Below are positions 63,610-64,000 of a stretch of DNA of 64,000 nt, piece by piece. Numbering within the stretch: the first letter of the stretch is position 1; each line of letters opens with the position of its first letter. The notes beneath the pieces were generated by a model. The model was not told where the DNA came from. It did no database searches and was given only the letters and a program-made list of their open reading frames with translations. Source of the stretch: Macrostomum hystrix (Eukaryota > Animalia > Platyhelminthes). Both the position numbers and the translations under genes were made by a program. The stretch spans positions 10,478,001-10,542,000 of the forward strand of contig CATNEN010000038.1 of NCBI GenBank assembly GCA_950097015.1, written 5' to 3'.

Positions 63610-64000
63610 CTGATTGGTTTAAGTTAGATTTAGTTCGGAATGCGAGCTCATCATGGAATGTATCTGTATTATCAGTTGAAAGACCACGAGCGGGTGTTTC
63701 AAATGCGTACATTTTTCTTAGTACTGCTCACAATATTGAATCATGTAACCATGTCGGTTATTATTGTCAACTATTTAACATGAATTGTTGAATTCTTCAT
63801 TTCTGAACCAAATATAGTCGTAGTTTTAACAATTTCAATAATTTTTGAACCGCCATAGAAGTTTATACAGAGCAATGTTACTTGTTCTTGTCACCAGGGT
63901 CTTCGACAAGAATCGCTGAACATCTTGACGATGCTGACGTCAGATGGCTTTAAAAATTAGTTCATCGTCAAGGGCGGGAACTTTTTTATCCATATGGTGG

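Noticed and set aside
63883-63947. Further PLC-beta exon
   Set aside because: Matches a dispersed repeat also at ~58213 and ~56015.

Overview
Eukaryotic (animal) genomic DNA with AT-rich introns and intergenic DNA, GC-rich exons and GT-AG introns. Exon style, Gln/Gly/Ser runs, short introns and a flatworm-type PH-like gene suggest a free-living flatworm such as Macrostomum (inference only). Recognisable genes: an SR splicing factor (SRSF4/5/6-like) directly downstream of ESS2/DGCR14, a HIT/HINT hydrolase with an N-terminal hydrophobic anchor, WSC- and PAN-domain secreted proteins, a secreted PAN + ALK/LTK-type glycine-rich-domain protein, and the 3' exons of a probable PLC-beta. The most novel-looking feature is a cluster at 8-29 kb that the ORF track largely misses because it is spliced: three two-exon genes plus a relic fourth copy. 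They encode small type I membrane proteins with a signal peptide, an RG/RGG + Ser/Tyr-rich ectodomain, one TM helix and a tail ending in a PPPSY motif. The rest is a dense mobile and repeat landscape: two defective Gypsy LTR elements (one with a nested 1052-bp insertion), a dead Tc1 element, three tRNA-derived SINE families (one nested), an RTE fragment, several MITEs and several tandem-repeat arrays. All gene models were assembled by eye from splice signals and reading frame; no database search was run.
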